Shown here: piece by piece, positions 29,494-41,022 of the stretch
Layout: every line of letters begins with the position of its first letter
Position numbering within the stretch: the first letter of the stretch is position 1
Source: Caecitellus pseudoparvulus
Lineage: Eukaryota > Protista > Bigyra: Bicosoecida
Direction: 5' to 3'
Length of the DNA stretch: 64,000 nucleotides
Assembly: GCA_965644315.1 (NCBI GenBank)
Contig: CBFFRQ010000068.1
Location: forward strand, 1-64,000
Made by a program: the position numbers and the translations under genes
Notes under the pieces: model-generated
Database searches by the model: none
What the model saw: the letters and a program-made list of their open reading frames with translations, nothing else
What the model was told of the DNA's origin: nothing

Positions 29494-31884
29494 TCACTGC
29501 GCAGTGTCAGGTGGACACACGCCGCGCACTGGCGCCAGCTCCTGCACATCAGCGAGCACCCTCATGAGCTGAGTGCACTGGCCTTCTGCTCGGGGGGCGC
29601 CAGTTGCCAGCAGTTGCTCCACCGCTGCGTGGGCGAGGTGGGCGCCGCCTTGGACACGCCGCCAAGCCAGCGCCGGCGTGTCGGCAGTCACACACCCTTC
29701 AGCGTCCTGTAGCATGGGCAGCACTTCCCCTTGCACAGCGTCCAGGGCGGCGGTGGCAAGGCTGGCTGCCCAGCGCTGTGCCGCCCGGGGCTGCACCCAG
29801 CTGCGGCCGCTGGCCTGCAGCCCGCCCACCACTTCCCCAGCCCAAGCCAGCGCTTCACCCACAAGGTGCAGGCGGTGTCCACACACCAGCACACGCACGT
29901 CCACGTCGTCAGAAGGGGTGTCTGGCAAGCGCACATGCAGCTTAAGAAGCCGCAGCCAAGCATCTGCCATGCTCCAGGGCTGGCTGTGCAAGTGCCCCTG
30001 GCAGCTCTGGCAGGCAGACAGAGCCGTGGCCCACGCCGCAGCCAAGTGGTCGCAGGTGGCGCCTGTGCTGGCCGCTTGCACTGCACCGTGACAGGCATCC
30101 AGCAGGGCGATGTCGAAACGAGGGTAGGGTGCACACCCCGCTGCCAGCAGTCGGTTGTACACACGCCGCATGCGGTGAGCGTGGGCAAGGTGGGGTGCCG
30201 GAGCAGGGCGCCTCCACACGTGCATGTCTGCCACCGCGACGCTGTGCGTGGGCTCAGGCGGCGGGAGATCGACCCCTGCGAGGTCAGCCAGCAGCGTTGA
30301 GCCCCCTGCCTGTGCCTGGACGGCTGCTGCGTGCTGTCTCCCCGAAGCCGGCGAGCTCCTGGGCGGGCCAGCTGCGCTGGGTGCACTGCGGTGAGGGGCT
30401 AGCGCCTGCATGGCCGCCAGCACGCAGGCGGGGGCGTCCTTCGGCAAGCGCGTGCCCACTCGAGCCCCGTCGCCCAGCAAGTACTCCAGGTGTCCCAAGT
30501 CACCCTGCCCCGCGACGGCCGGCAGCAGGCAGGCCAGGGAGGCGGTTGCCGCCGCGCCACGCTGCTGGAAGTGCACGAACTCTGCCTCACTGGCACGCCC
30601 GCCCATGAGCAGCGCATGCACGAAAGCTGCAGTGGGCAAGGGGGCGTGGGCCAGGGGCCTGCGCAGGGCATTGGCGCGCTGCTGCCCCTGCAGCCACCGC
30701 AGCATGTCCCGGGCGTGCCCTGCTGCCCACGGCTGCTTGCGGGGCCTGCTGGCCCAGGCGGACGCCACCACCCGCGGGGCCGTGGCGATGAACACTCGCC
30801 GCGCAAAGGAGAGGTGGCCACGGCTTGCCAGCGCTGCAATGGCGGTGGCGGTGGCAGTGGGCAGCCACACGGCAGACGCCACTCGCTGCGACTCCACCAG
30901 CACATTGCGCAGCGGACTAGCTGCCTCCGCCGGCCCCTCAGGCTGGGCGGCCTGACCCAGCACGCGCACAGCACGGGGCACGCCAGAGGCCCTGCCTGGC
31001 GCACTCTCCACCCCCACCACCCCCTCCGTCGCCATCGAGGCAAGGCGGGCAGGCCTGCCTTGGTGCAGGCTGCGCAGGAGCGCCATGATGTCAGCTGCAG
31101 GCTCCGGCCCGGCTCCCAGCGCGTGCACAGCGACAGCAGCTGTGATGTCTGTCCACGTCACAGCTGTGGGACTTGGTGCAGCACAGCTGGCGGTGATGAC
31201 GGCGGCTGCTGCAGCTGGCACCCAGCACCCGGCAGCCTGTGCCTGCCACGCCGCAGCCAGCAACACCCGCCCCGCTGCGATGGCCCCTCCCGCGGAGTCA
31301 CACACTGCATCGTGGACGGCGGCCATAGGCAGGGGCTCTGGGCCGCCCTGCACCACCAAGGCAATGCTGCCCAGCATGTCGCCAGAGGGCTGGGCAGTGG
31401 CAGGCGCTGCGGCGGCGCAGGCCAGCACGCAGCTCAGTAGGCGCCTCTGGAGGTCAGGGGGCAGCACGACGCCTTTGAGGGCCAAGGCCTTCAAGGCAGC
31501 AACGGCGTGTTCCAGGGCGCCCGTCTGCGCGCTGCCTGCCGCTGCCTGCACAATTTCTCCAGCCGCCTGGCTTGCCGTGCCCAGCTGTCCCGCGTCCAGC
31601 GCTTCCTGCAGCGCCAGTTGCCCAGCCTTCCACGCAGGACGTTTGCTCTGCATGGCAGCCTGGACAGCATCCAACAGCTCCTTTGCTGTCCTGCGGGCGC
31701 CACTACGGCTGGGACTGGGGCCTTGCAGCACTGCCGAAGCAGAGCTAGCAAAGTGCCGAGCGCCACCCGGAAACACACACGCGCCAAGGGCTCTCGCGCC
31801 GAGCGGCGCAGCCACAGAGCATGCCACGGCCAGATGAGTGCCAGAACATACATTCCATCGCTGCACTAAACGCACTATGGCCAT
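29494..31884 (-). CDS. Hypothetical Ala-rich helical-repeat (possibly PPR-like) protein with mitochondrial-type presequence
   Basis: 796-aa ORF; ARHFASSAS cleavage-like motif; segments such as TAIAALASRGHLSFARRVF and AAFVHALLMGGRASEA resemble degenerate PPR/TPR units. Confidence 0.55.
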   Translation of the reverse strand: MAIVRLVQRWNVCSGTHLAVACSVAAPLGARALGACVFPGGARHFASSASAVLQGPSPSRSGARRTAKELLDAVQAAMQSKRPAWKAGQLALQEALDAGQLGTASQAAGEIVQAAAGSAQTGALEHAVAALKALALKGVVLPPDLQRRLLSCVLACAAAAPATAQPSGDMLGSIALVVQGGPEPLPMAAVHDAVCDSAGGAIAAGRVLLAAAWQAQAAGCWVPAAAAAVITASCAAPSPTAVTWTDITAAVAVHALGAGPEPAADIMALLRSLHQGRPARLASMATEGVVGVESAPGRASGVPRAVRVLGQAAQPEGPAEAASPLRNVLVESQRVASAVWLPTATATAIAALASRGHLSFARRVFIATAPRVVASAWASRPRKQPWAAGHARDMLRWLQGQQRANALRRPLAHAPLPTAAFVHALLMGGRASEAEFVHFQQRGAAATASLACLLPAVAGQGDLGHLEYLLGDGARVGTRLPKDAPACVLAAMQALAPHRSAPSAAGPPRSSPASGRQHAAAVQAQAGGSTLLADLAGVDLPPPEPTHSVAVADMHVWRRPAPAPHLAHAHRMRRVYNRLLAAGCAPYPRFDIALLDACHGAVQAASTGATCDHLAAAWATALSACQSCQGHLHSQPWSMADAWLRLLKLHVRLPDTPSDDVDVRVLVCGHRLHLVGEALAWAGEVVGGLQASGRSWVQPRAAQRWAASLATAALDAVQGEVLPMLQDAEGCVTADTPALAWRRVQGGAHLAHAAVEQLLATGAPRAEGQCTQLMRVLADVQELAPVRGVCPPDTAQ

Positions 31885-32059
31885 ACTGCTTCGGGCCTTG
31901 CAGTGCAGCGCCCGCTCCTGTGCGTGCTGCGGAAATTGCTACAGCCCTCACACGCCGCAAGTCTCCCTCGCCTACGCATGCGAAGTAGGCTATCGCACGC
32001 GGGGAAGGGACAATGCAATGCAAATGCACTACGTTTATGTGAGAAATTTGTTACATTTC

Positions 32060-35000
32060 TTACTGGCTGCGGTTCTTTGCCCAGTAACGAGCAGCCAGCA
32101 CTACGGCGGCCACAACCCCGACTGTGCCCACGATGGCAAGGCCAGTGCTCAAGCCACTAGCCGTAGACGCCGGCATCTCCTTCTCCAGCACCTTCTCCAT
32201 CTGCACTTGTGCCGCTCCTGCCATGTTTGCAAGTGCACCCCCCGTCTCCGTGCCGCTCGCCTCAGCAGCAGACGCCTCTCCAGACAAGGCACGCAGCTCC
32301 GCCGCCTTCGTCGCGACCTCTGCCTTGGCGGCTTCCTGCCTCGCCTTGGCGGCTTCTTCCCTGGCCTTGGCAGCTTCCATGGCACTGGTCACTGCGGTGT
32401 CTTGGGGCGCTGCAAGCTCCTGCCCGGCATCATCTGCCACGCCAGCACCCGCAGTAGCGCTTGGCTCCGCCTCGCCACCCGGGGAAGCCTCGTCTGACGG
32501 CCCGCCCTCACTCGTCGGTTCGGCAGAGGACGCATCGCCATCCCCTGCAGGTGCGGGAGACTGATCTCCAGCATCAGCGACCTCCCCACCCAGGGCTTCG
32601 TCCAGAGCACTGTCAAGGCCTTCTTGCTCAGCAGCAGCAGCCTCAGCAGCGGCCTTCTCTGCAGCAGCAGCCTCAGCTGCCGCCTTCTCTGCAGCTGCCT
32701 TTTCAGCAGCAGCCTTCTCAGCAGCAGCCTGCTCTGCAGCAGCCGCCTTCTCTGCAGCTGCCTTCTCAGCAGCAGCCTTCTCAGCAGCAGCCTTCTCTGC
32801 GGCAGCAGCCTCAGCGGCAGCCTTCTCTGCGGCAGCCTTCTCTGCGGCAGCAGCCTCAGCGGCAGCCTTCTCTGCGGCAGCCTTCTCTGCGGCAGCAGCC
32901 TCAGCTGCCGCCTTCTCTGCAGCCGCCTTCTCAGCAGCTGCCTTCTCAGCAGCCGCCTTCTCTGCAGCTGCCTTCTCAGCAGCGGCCTTCTCTGCAGCTG
33001 CCTTCTCAGCAGCAGCCTTCTCTGCAGCGGCAGCCTCAGCTGCCGCCTTCTCTGCAGCCGCCTTCTCTGCAGCGGCAGCCTCAGCAGCGGCCTTCTCAGC
33101 AGCCGCCTTCTCTGCGGCAGCAGCCTCAGCGGCAGCCTTCTCTGCGGCAGCAGCCTCAGCTGCCGCCTTCTCAGCTGCCAGAGTCAGCCGCCCCTTGACT
33201 TCAACGTAGGAAGACCTGTGCAGAGGCTCCTGTGCTGCCAAGGTTTCCGCATCACGAGAGACCATCTTGGAGCAGATGGGGTGGTAAAGGGGCCCTTGTT
33301 CCTGCAGCAGCTGCAGCGCTGCCGCCCGGTGGTCAGCATCAGCCAGGACATCCCTGAACAAGGGACGCACGTACTTCATGCGGCCGTAGGACCGGAGGAA
33401 GTCCTGCACCTGTGCCCAATCGGCATGCCCAGCTTGCACCGTGGCACGCAGCCACCTGAACTTCACTTCGCAGTTCTGGGAAGCTGAGAAGCCGTAGGCA
33501 CCATCCATGGCGTCCACGCTGGCGGCGGGGAGGCGGCCAGGGGGCACCGCAGCAGCCAACTCCGCCATCTTGTCCAGAAGGCTCTCCAGCAGTGCGACCT
33601 TGCGGGAGGAGGACCAACCAGAGATGTCCACGCCCTCCTCAGGGGCATCGGGCGCCGTGTCCAGCCACGCCTGCGCCACCTCCCCGCAGGCGTCCAGCTG
33701 GGACGTGTCGTAGGTGGGGGGCACGTGGGGCATGCCTGGAGTGTGCAACCACGTCTGCCAGTCGATGTCGTCCAGAGTGCAGCCTGGGCCCATGTCTGCG
33801 CTGTGGAAGAAGTGCAGGAGGAAGTCGCGGAAGTCGGCGGTGGTGAGGGAGGTGTTGGCGAACTTGGCGATGTAGGCGAGCATGAAGGGCTCCCAGTACT
33901 GAGGCCCGCCCACCTTGCTCTGCAGCCACTGCAGCAGGTAGTACCCCTTCTCGTACGGCACGCGGGAGAAGCTGTCGTCGGGGTCCACGCCGTCCAAGGC
34001 AGGCACCAGGCAGGTGTAGGCGTGGTCGTGGCCGTGGCGGCAGACGTCCTCCTTCAGCCCAGCCAGGCCCAGCAGGGAGTCAAAGTCCCAGAAGGCCTCT
34101 GCAGCAGCATCGCCCTCTCGCTGCCGCACCACCGCCTGCACCATCTTGCGCTGCACCATCATGGTCCACCCTTCGTTCAGCCAGAAGTGCTCCCATGTGC
34201 GGGAGGTGACCAAGTTGCCAGTCCAGGAGTGTGCCAGCTCGTGCGCCACGACGTCTGCGAGGGACTTGTCCCCTGCCAGCAGCGTGGGTGTGACGTTGAT
34301 GAGGTTGCCCTCCATGCCGCCATACGGGAACGAGGGCGGCATGACCAGCAGGTGAACATGGCCCCACTTGTACGAGCCCAGCAGGGCCTCACCCGCCTTC
34401 AAATACAGCTCCGTGTCCTCGAATTCGTGCGCGGCGGCGTCCACCAGGGACGGCTCTGCCCACACGAAGACGCGGGGAGACAGCTCACGACTGGCGAGGT
34501 GGCCCACTGCCAGGGACACGAGGTACGACGGCACGGGCACTGGCTGCCTGAAGGAGAAGACCTTGAGGGAGTCCTCCTCATCGGGGGTGTCTTCTTCTTC
34601 GCATTGGATGGCACCCATGAGCACAGTGACGTCCTGCACAGAGGGCCAAAAGCGGGGGGGGGGGGGAGTGCAGCCGACGGTGCGCCAGCGCTGGCCAGTG
34701 CCGCATCACGCACGTCGGTGACGGAGACCTTGGAGGTGAAGGTGAACTTCACCGCGGGCGTATCTTGGCAAGGGTACATGCTGCGTGCATGAATGGCCTG
34801 GAAATGGGGCGGGTGAGCAGGTGTGGGGGAGTGTGTGGGTCGGCGTGGTGCATGGTGCTGCACGCACCTGGCATTGCGTGAACAGAAACGGCTGCTGCTT
34901 GTCCTTCGTCTGCTCCGCGGTCAGCCACTGCAGGGCCTGGGAGTCCTTGGTCGTTTCATACTCAATGCGAAGGCGGCCCTCATCAGTCCAAGTCTCAGGC

Positions 35001-35370
35001 AGGGGAATGCGCAGCGCCGAGCCGAAACACGCAACTGGCTCCTCCACAATGAAATCCTCAACCGAGACTTCTGCAGCAGTGCGCGGCAAGCGGGGTGTGT
35101 GCCTGAGGCGGCATGGCTGACCATGTGCCGCTCAGTCCACCCACCTGTTTCCTCATCCAGCATCACCGCCACGCCGGTGATGTTCAGGTGGTTCGTGTCC
35201 AGGACAATGGTGTCAATTTCCGCGCCGTCTTCCACGCCGAAGGTGTACTCCACGCTGCCTCGCAGGACACTGGCCTCGAAGTCCACGGCCCAGGCGAAGT
35301 CAGCATGTACGACTGACACCTCCTCATAGTTGGATAGCGTGTGCTTGTCTGTGGAGCTATCTGCCGACAT
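32060..35370 (-). CDS. LTA4H: Leukotriene A4 hydrolase-like M1 aminopeptidase with (EKAAA)n stalk and C-terminal TM anchor (multi-exon)
   Basis: ALQWLTAEQT..KQQPFLFTQCQ|AIHARSMYPCQDTP, PPSFPYGGMEG, VVAHELAHSWTGNLVT..FWLNEG, VPYEKG, GRMKYVRPLF; hydrophobic GLAIVGTVGVVAAVVLAARYW tail. Confidence 0.93.
32625..33180 (-). repeat. 15-nt coding tandem repeat (~35 units of EKAAA/EAAAA)
   Basis: Reiterated gccttctc[ta]gc[ag]gc[ag] units on the + strand. Confidence 0.95.
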
Positions 35371-36628
35371 GGCTGCCTGGTGCGGTGCCGGGCTTCGAGG
35401 AGCGGCTTTCGATGACGCCTGTCCGGCTCACAAGCGCGGGAGAGCGGGGTCGAGGGGGGGGAGAAGGCGATACAGTTTGTTTGAGGCGTGTGGTGGCGTT
35501 GTTTTGCAGCAGCGTCACAGCTGTTACCGTTGCCGGTGCGGACAGTGGTCCAACTGCAGCTACGTGGACGTGCAGCGGTCTCTTGGGAATGCAAGAAGTC
35601 CTACGTCTCGCACAACCTCAAAGGAAGAAAGAGGGGTAGGTGGGGGTCTGCTTTTGGTTTCTGCCTTGCGCGCTGGCACTTTCCAGAGAGACTCCCGGCG
35701 TCGCTGCTTGTCAGGCTGAGCAGGAAGCCGCGCCCCTCGGCAGCTGCGGGTGCTGCGGGGGCAGCGCCTGAGCATGAGCAAGGACGCTGGCACAGTGCGC
35801 TTGGCAGCTTGTGCCGAAGTAAGGAGGTGCGGGCGCCTCCTCTACGTTGTGTACTTCACTGGGGCGGCGAGTGAGGGCGCCACGTCAGCGACAGCACTTG
35901 CCGTGCACCTCGCCGCTTCCGCTGCAGCGAGCGTGGCCTCGCTTCCAGTTGCCTTGCGCCGGCGCTTGGACAACGGCGGAGTGCAGGGAAGAGCACACAG
36001 GCGATGCAGGGAGGCATGCGGGTGGGGACTGTTTTCAGTGAGCATTGTACCTACAGGGATGGGAAGCTTTTGCGCAGTCTCCGCGTGCAGGGCGCGCAAG
36101 CGCTGGGGTGGATGGGTGGTGCCGGCTTGGAGGGGCAGTGCAGCAGCTGCAGTTTGGCTGTCGAGCGAACGCCCTCAGCCGACAAATCCTGCGTGCCGGT
36201 CGACGCACTCCGACCCTGCATGGATTCAAAGGTCTCCAGGGTAGCCCATCCGCCCTGCACTCCCCCCCGCACCAGCCCTGCAGAGCTCAGTGACGAGCAT
36301 TTCGCTTGCTCTGCTGCGCCGTCCCCGTTGGGCCTGGCTCTTTTGGCGTGTCGCGGGAAGCAAGACTGCCGGCACTGCACACCAACCACGCTGCCAGGCT
36401 TGATCCCAGCTCGCCAGGTGCAGCTCACACATCGCACCTACGTCTTCCAGGGTGCGTAGCCGCGCCCACTGCTTCGCGCGCCGCGCCAGGGGGCCTCGCC
36501 GAGGCGGCTGCACCTGATAGGTGCAAGGTGGGCTGCTTGCTTTGCCAGATGACGCCGGGCCTTGCAGCGCCGCCCACCGCACGCCCGCACGCGTCACCGC
36601 GGCCCTTCCACGCAGGGTCTGCGCCACA

Positions 36629-38580
36629 ATGACTCGCAAACGCTCCAGTGGCGGCAAGCCAAAGGCTGTGCGGCCTGGCTACGCGTGGTGAGTTGGCCCT
36701 CAGCGCAGGCAAGGCAGCTGACACAGCTGTCCCAGGCGGCGTTTGCCGGACCGCCGCGAGGCCTGCTCCGCCAGCCCCAGCACCTCGCACGACGCTCCTC
36801 CCCCCTGTCCCTTCGCAGCAACCACTGCGCAAAGGCAAAGGTGTGTGGCTTGGGCGAGGAGGGGGAGCACCCTGCCCTGTCACTGTGCAGCACGGGCTAC
36901 TTTGCTGTCGGCTTCGTCACGCCGCTTTCGCCCCCGCTCCGCCCCCACAGAAGCGATGCAGCGGGACAATCGGTGCCAAAGCCTGTGAACAGTGCATTGC
37001 AAAGGGCCTGGAAGCCACGTGCGCGCCTGTTCAGACGCGGCGCGCTTTCAGCGGTGCGTGCGCCAGGGCTCCCACCTGAGCCGCCTCGCCGGAGTGTGAC
37101 TGCCCGCACCCTTCTCCCCGCTCACACTCGCACAGGGCCCCGACGGGACAAGGCCAGTGGTTTAGCAGGCAGTAAATCCGCCGGTGTAGCACCTGCGCCT
37201 GAAAGTGTACGTGCCTGGGCAGTCTGGAGGGCAGTCTGCGCAGACACCTCTCCGCGTGTGCCGCCCGGCGAGCTGCGGCTGGCGCTGCCTCGCGTAGGAC
37301 CTTTTCTGATCCCGGGGCGGGCTGTCGTGCCTACATGCACCGGGAGAAGCACGTTACAGGCATGTCTAGTGCTGTTCCTCGTGTTGCCCTGGTCTGTGGA
37401 GGCTGGCTCCCAGCTTACGAGAGGTGTTGCGCGGAATCGTAGAGTGGTGGCCAGGCCTGCGATGCGCAGCTGATGCCGGGATCACCCCGTTCACCCCCCA
37501 CCGCCGCAGGCTTCGATATTTGCACGGAGTCATGGTGCCATGCATCACTACAGTGAGATCCGCCCAGTCTGCCGCGCGCGCTGGTCTGCGCACCCTCGCA
37601 CTTTGCGCCGCCTGCACCGCTCCTGTGCAGTCGACCCCTCACGGAACCCAGCTGCTGTAGCTGCCCAGTGGACGCCCGGATTTTCCGTCGGTGGCCCCCC
37701 CACACAGGTGACCAGACCCCACCCGCAGACACTGTACACGCCAGATGCCTTGGGCATGCCCTGGGGCGGGGGTGGGGCACTGCCCTTGCCCAGCCGGGCA
37801 CATGCGGCCTTCCACCCCGCGCACAGTGCGTCGACTCCCCACCACCTGCACGTCAACCAGGGAATGCCCCACAAAGCCACGCCAGGATACACGATGCCCC
37901 CCCATGGGCAGCCAGGGGACCCTCTGGCGCCAGGCATGGCCGTCTCCTGGGGCACAGCTCGCAGCCTCAGCGGAGAAGTCGCCTTTTCTCACATGCAGGC
38001 AAGTGAGGTGCAAGCTGGGCGAGCTGAAAGCCAGTGGCTCGCGCCAGTGGCTACCAGGAGCTCTGGGAACACACCAGTGCACTCTGACGCACCCTTTCCC
38101 CAGCGATCATGGCCTGGAAGTGGGTGGTTGACCGCGCCACATGGCGGAATGGGCATGCCGCCTGCATCTCCCACCGCCGCAGCGCCTGCCTCCTGGGCGC
38201 CCGCTCGCACCGTGAGCTCTCTATCCGGCAAGCGGCCGAGGCAAGAGGCGAGCAAAGACCTGCCGCCAGGGCATTTCACTGGCTCCCCCACCCCACCTCC
38301 AGCAGATGGGGCAGGCACCGCCTCCCACGTGCAAGACCCAACTGCGCAGTGGCAGCCCGCCGCCAAAGCACCGCGGGCAGAGGGCTCCAAATGCCGCAGT
38401 TCAGCTGTTCCGCAGCAGGTGCAAGGTGTGGCAGCGCACGCTGGTGCAAGAGTTGAGGGTGGTGCCACTCGCCCGGCTCTGGTGCAACCCAGCCACCTAC
38501 CCGTCACAACGGTGCACCCCGCTCACCGAAACGGCGCAGCAGCGAGCCAGGCGTGGGCTTCGGCGCCTGTTATGCTGTAG
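36629..38580 (+). CDS. Zn(II)2Cys6 (GAL4-type) transcription factor with Pro/His-rich C-terminus (exons 36629-36687, 36819-36840, 36951-37053, 37136-..; middle exons uncertain)
   Basis: Spliced MTRKRSSGGKPKAVRPGYAC|NHCAKAK|KRCSGTIGAKACEQCIAKGLEATC = C-x2-C-x6-C-x8-C-x2-C-x8-C with phase-consistent GT..AG introns. The link to ORF 37540-38580 is inferred. Confidence 0.78.
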
Positions 38581-39027
38581 GCCGGGCAGCGCTCCTCGTC
38601 GCTACTGCAGTGTCATCCTTCGCTCCCTTTGCTCTCGAAACCTGCGTCTCCAGCCAGCCCCTTGCTGTGTCGAAAAGCGTCCAATGTCAAGTCAGCAGGC
38701 CTTGGGGGCTCAGCGATTGCCCCCTGCGAGCCTTCTGTTGGGCAGGCTCGTCTGCCCTCGGCGGCTTCCACGTCCGTGTGCTGGGTCCTGAATTGATGAA
38801 AGTCATGCCCGCTGCGTCTTTAAGTGATCTCTCTGCAATGTAGTGTCTTCTCTGGCTTCTGCAGCGCTGGGGCGCGTGGCAAGGCGCGCCAGCACTTGAC
38901 GCTCGGTTCAAGTGCACTTCACGAGGCTGACCTTGCTTGCACCAAGCGCACGGACGGCCCACGCGAGGCTGTCGGGCAGGCAGTGCATTGTATGAGCATG
39001 AGGGACAAGGTGGCCGACATGCTCTCG

Positions 39028-40938
39028 TCACTGCGGCACGTACAGCTTGGGCTCGCCGAGTCCGAGGGTGATGGTGAACGCCCCGCCCTGCACTGTGACG
39101 CAGTCCTCGCCCTCGACGCCCTGCACGCCCTCGGACGTAGCGCCCAGCTTGGCTTGGCGCAGGACGGACGCCGTCGCTGCTTCAGCAGCTGCCAAACGGG
39201 CCCGGGTTCGAGCAGGCTCCTGTGCCTCACCCACTTGCCCGGCGGCCTGTCCGGCCGCTCTCACGGCTGCCATGAGCGTGGACATGGCGCGCTTCATCGG
39301 GGCGCCCCCCCCTCGCACAGCGCCGCGGCTCCCACCCACTGAGACTCGGCTGGCAGGCGCACCAGCAACACCACTCAACATGGCGGGGGCATCCCAGCTC
39401 GTGGAGCCGTCCGTGGCGAACCAGTTGCACAGGCGCGTGCCGTCAGGGTAGGGGTGGTACGTGATCGTGCGCGTGACGTCGCCCCCTTGGCTCCCAGTGT
39501 TAGTGAGGGCGACGAAAATAGCAGATGCGTCGTCCTTGCCGCCTTGGCCTCGCGTAAAGGCGTAGAAGGAGTCGTCCGAGTACCGCTGGGTCTGTGCCCA
39601 GTCCGCCGCCACACCCCGCTGCGCACGCAGCTTGTTCACGCTCTGCCCGAACACCCCCAGAGGGTGTCCACTGATGTCAAAGCCAGCTGGCCACAGGGCC
39701 TCGCGGTTGGCGGGGTCGTCAGCGCCGTCAAAGCCGTACTCAGTGCCGTAGTACCAGATGGGGATGCCGCGGGCGGTGAGCACCCACAGGAGTGCGTTGG
39801 TGTACAGCGCCCAATCAGACTGCTGGGACAGGAAGCGGGGGTTATCGTGGTTGTCCACAAAGGTGCCCAGGACAGAGGTGTCGCTGAAGGCGCCCTCGTA
39901 CGCCTGCACCATGGCCTGCAGCTGGTTCATGGACTGCTGCTGGCCGAACACTGCCCGCAGGGTGAAGTACATGGGGTAGGACAGCACGCTGGTCAGGGCA
40001 CTGCCTTGGAAGCTGGACACGTACCCGACGTCTCCATTGAACACCTCCCCCACCGCAAACACGCCAGAGGCGCCCTCGTACGCCCTCCAGAAGGGCTTGT
40101 TCACCTCTGGCGTCGTGTCCACGCGGAGGCCCTGGAAGCCGAAGCGTGAGATGGCTGCGTGCACCCACTCTTGCAGTGTGTTGGCGACAAATGATTGGGT
40201 TTGGTTCAGGTCGGGCAGGCCGGCGAGGCGGCAGTGCTGCACTTGGGCTTGGTTGTTGTAGTCCTGGATCTGGCAGTTGCCGGGGCAGCCGGTACAGTCG
40301 TGGAAGGAGGCGGAGGAATTGAAGGGGTAGAAGGTGGGCGTGTCGGAGATGACGCCGCCCATGTGGTTCCCCACCACGTCCAGCATGAAGGCGAAGTCCG
40401 CTGCCGCCCCCGCAGACGTCATTGCGGCCAGGTCAGCGGCGCTGCCAAAGTGCGGGTTCACCATGCTGCAGTTCTGGGGCGCTGCATCCTCTGTCACGAC
40501 GCAGCGTTGCCAATAGCCGTGGTAGCCGTTGGGTGTGTTGGGCTGCGGTAGAGCGGCGTGTGTGTCTTTGGGGTGTGCTGGTCGGCCCCGCGTCGAGAAT
40601 GCCTCACAGGAATGGGTGAAATCCACGCCGCGTCGAACCCCATGCTCTGCATGTACGGCAGGTGCGCCTGCACACCTGAGAACGTCCCACCACAGTACGT
40701 GTGCAGGTCCGTACACGGGGCGCTGGAGGCGCCAGCTGCACGGCGTGGGAGAGGCTCGGCGTGGTAGAGGTGGAGCTTGCGCAAGTGCACTGCACTACGC
40801 ACGCGCAGGCGCAAAGCGATCAGTGAGCAGCTGATAGATTGTCCGGCCCCGCCAGTAGGCGGCATCGCCTGCCAGAGTCGACGGCACTGCGCACAGACAG
40901 GCAAGGCTTGCCAGCCACCGGGCACGCAGGCTTGTCAT
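39028..40938 (-). CDS. Secreted alpha-amylase, GH13 (Taka-amylase-like; multi-exon)
   Basis: Signal peptide; WRGRTIYQLLTDRFA, YCGGTF.G, MGFDAAWISPIP, YHGYW, MLDVVGNH, LPDL, GLRVDT, GEVF, FVDNHDNPRF. Confidence 0.95.
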
Positions 40939-41022
40939 GGCTGGAGCTGCAACCAGCTGATATGGAGGGCTCGCTCTGTGACAGCGCACGGTGACAGTGG
41001 GCACAGAGGCAACATGGTCCCG

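Noticed and set aside
32625-33180. Regular short repeats that might suggest a CRISPR-like array
   Set aside because: Head-to-tail 15-nt coding repeats with no unique spacers, in a eukaryotic gene.
35400-36600. 1.2-kb gap with several overlapping ORFs between LTA4H and the Zn2Cys6 gene
   Set aside because: Could not assemble a supported gene model; left unannotated.
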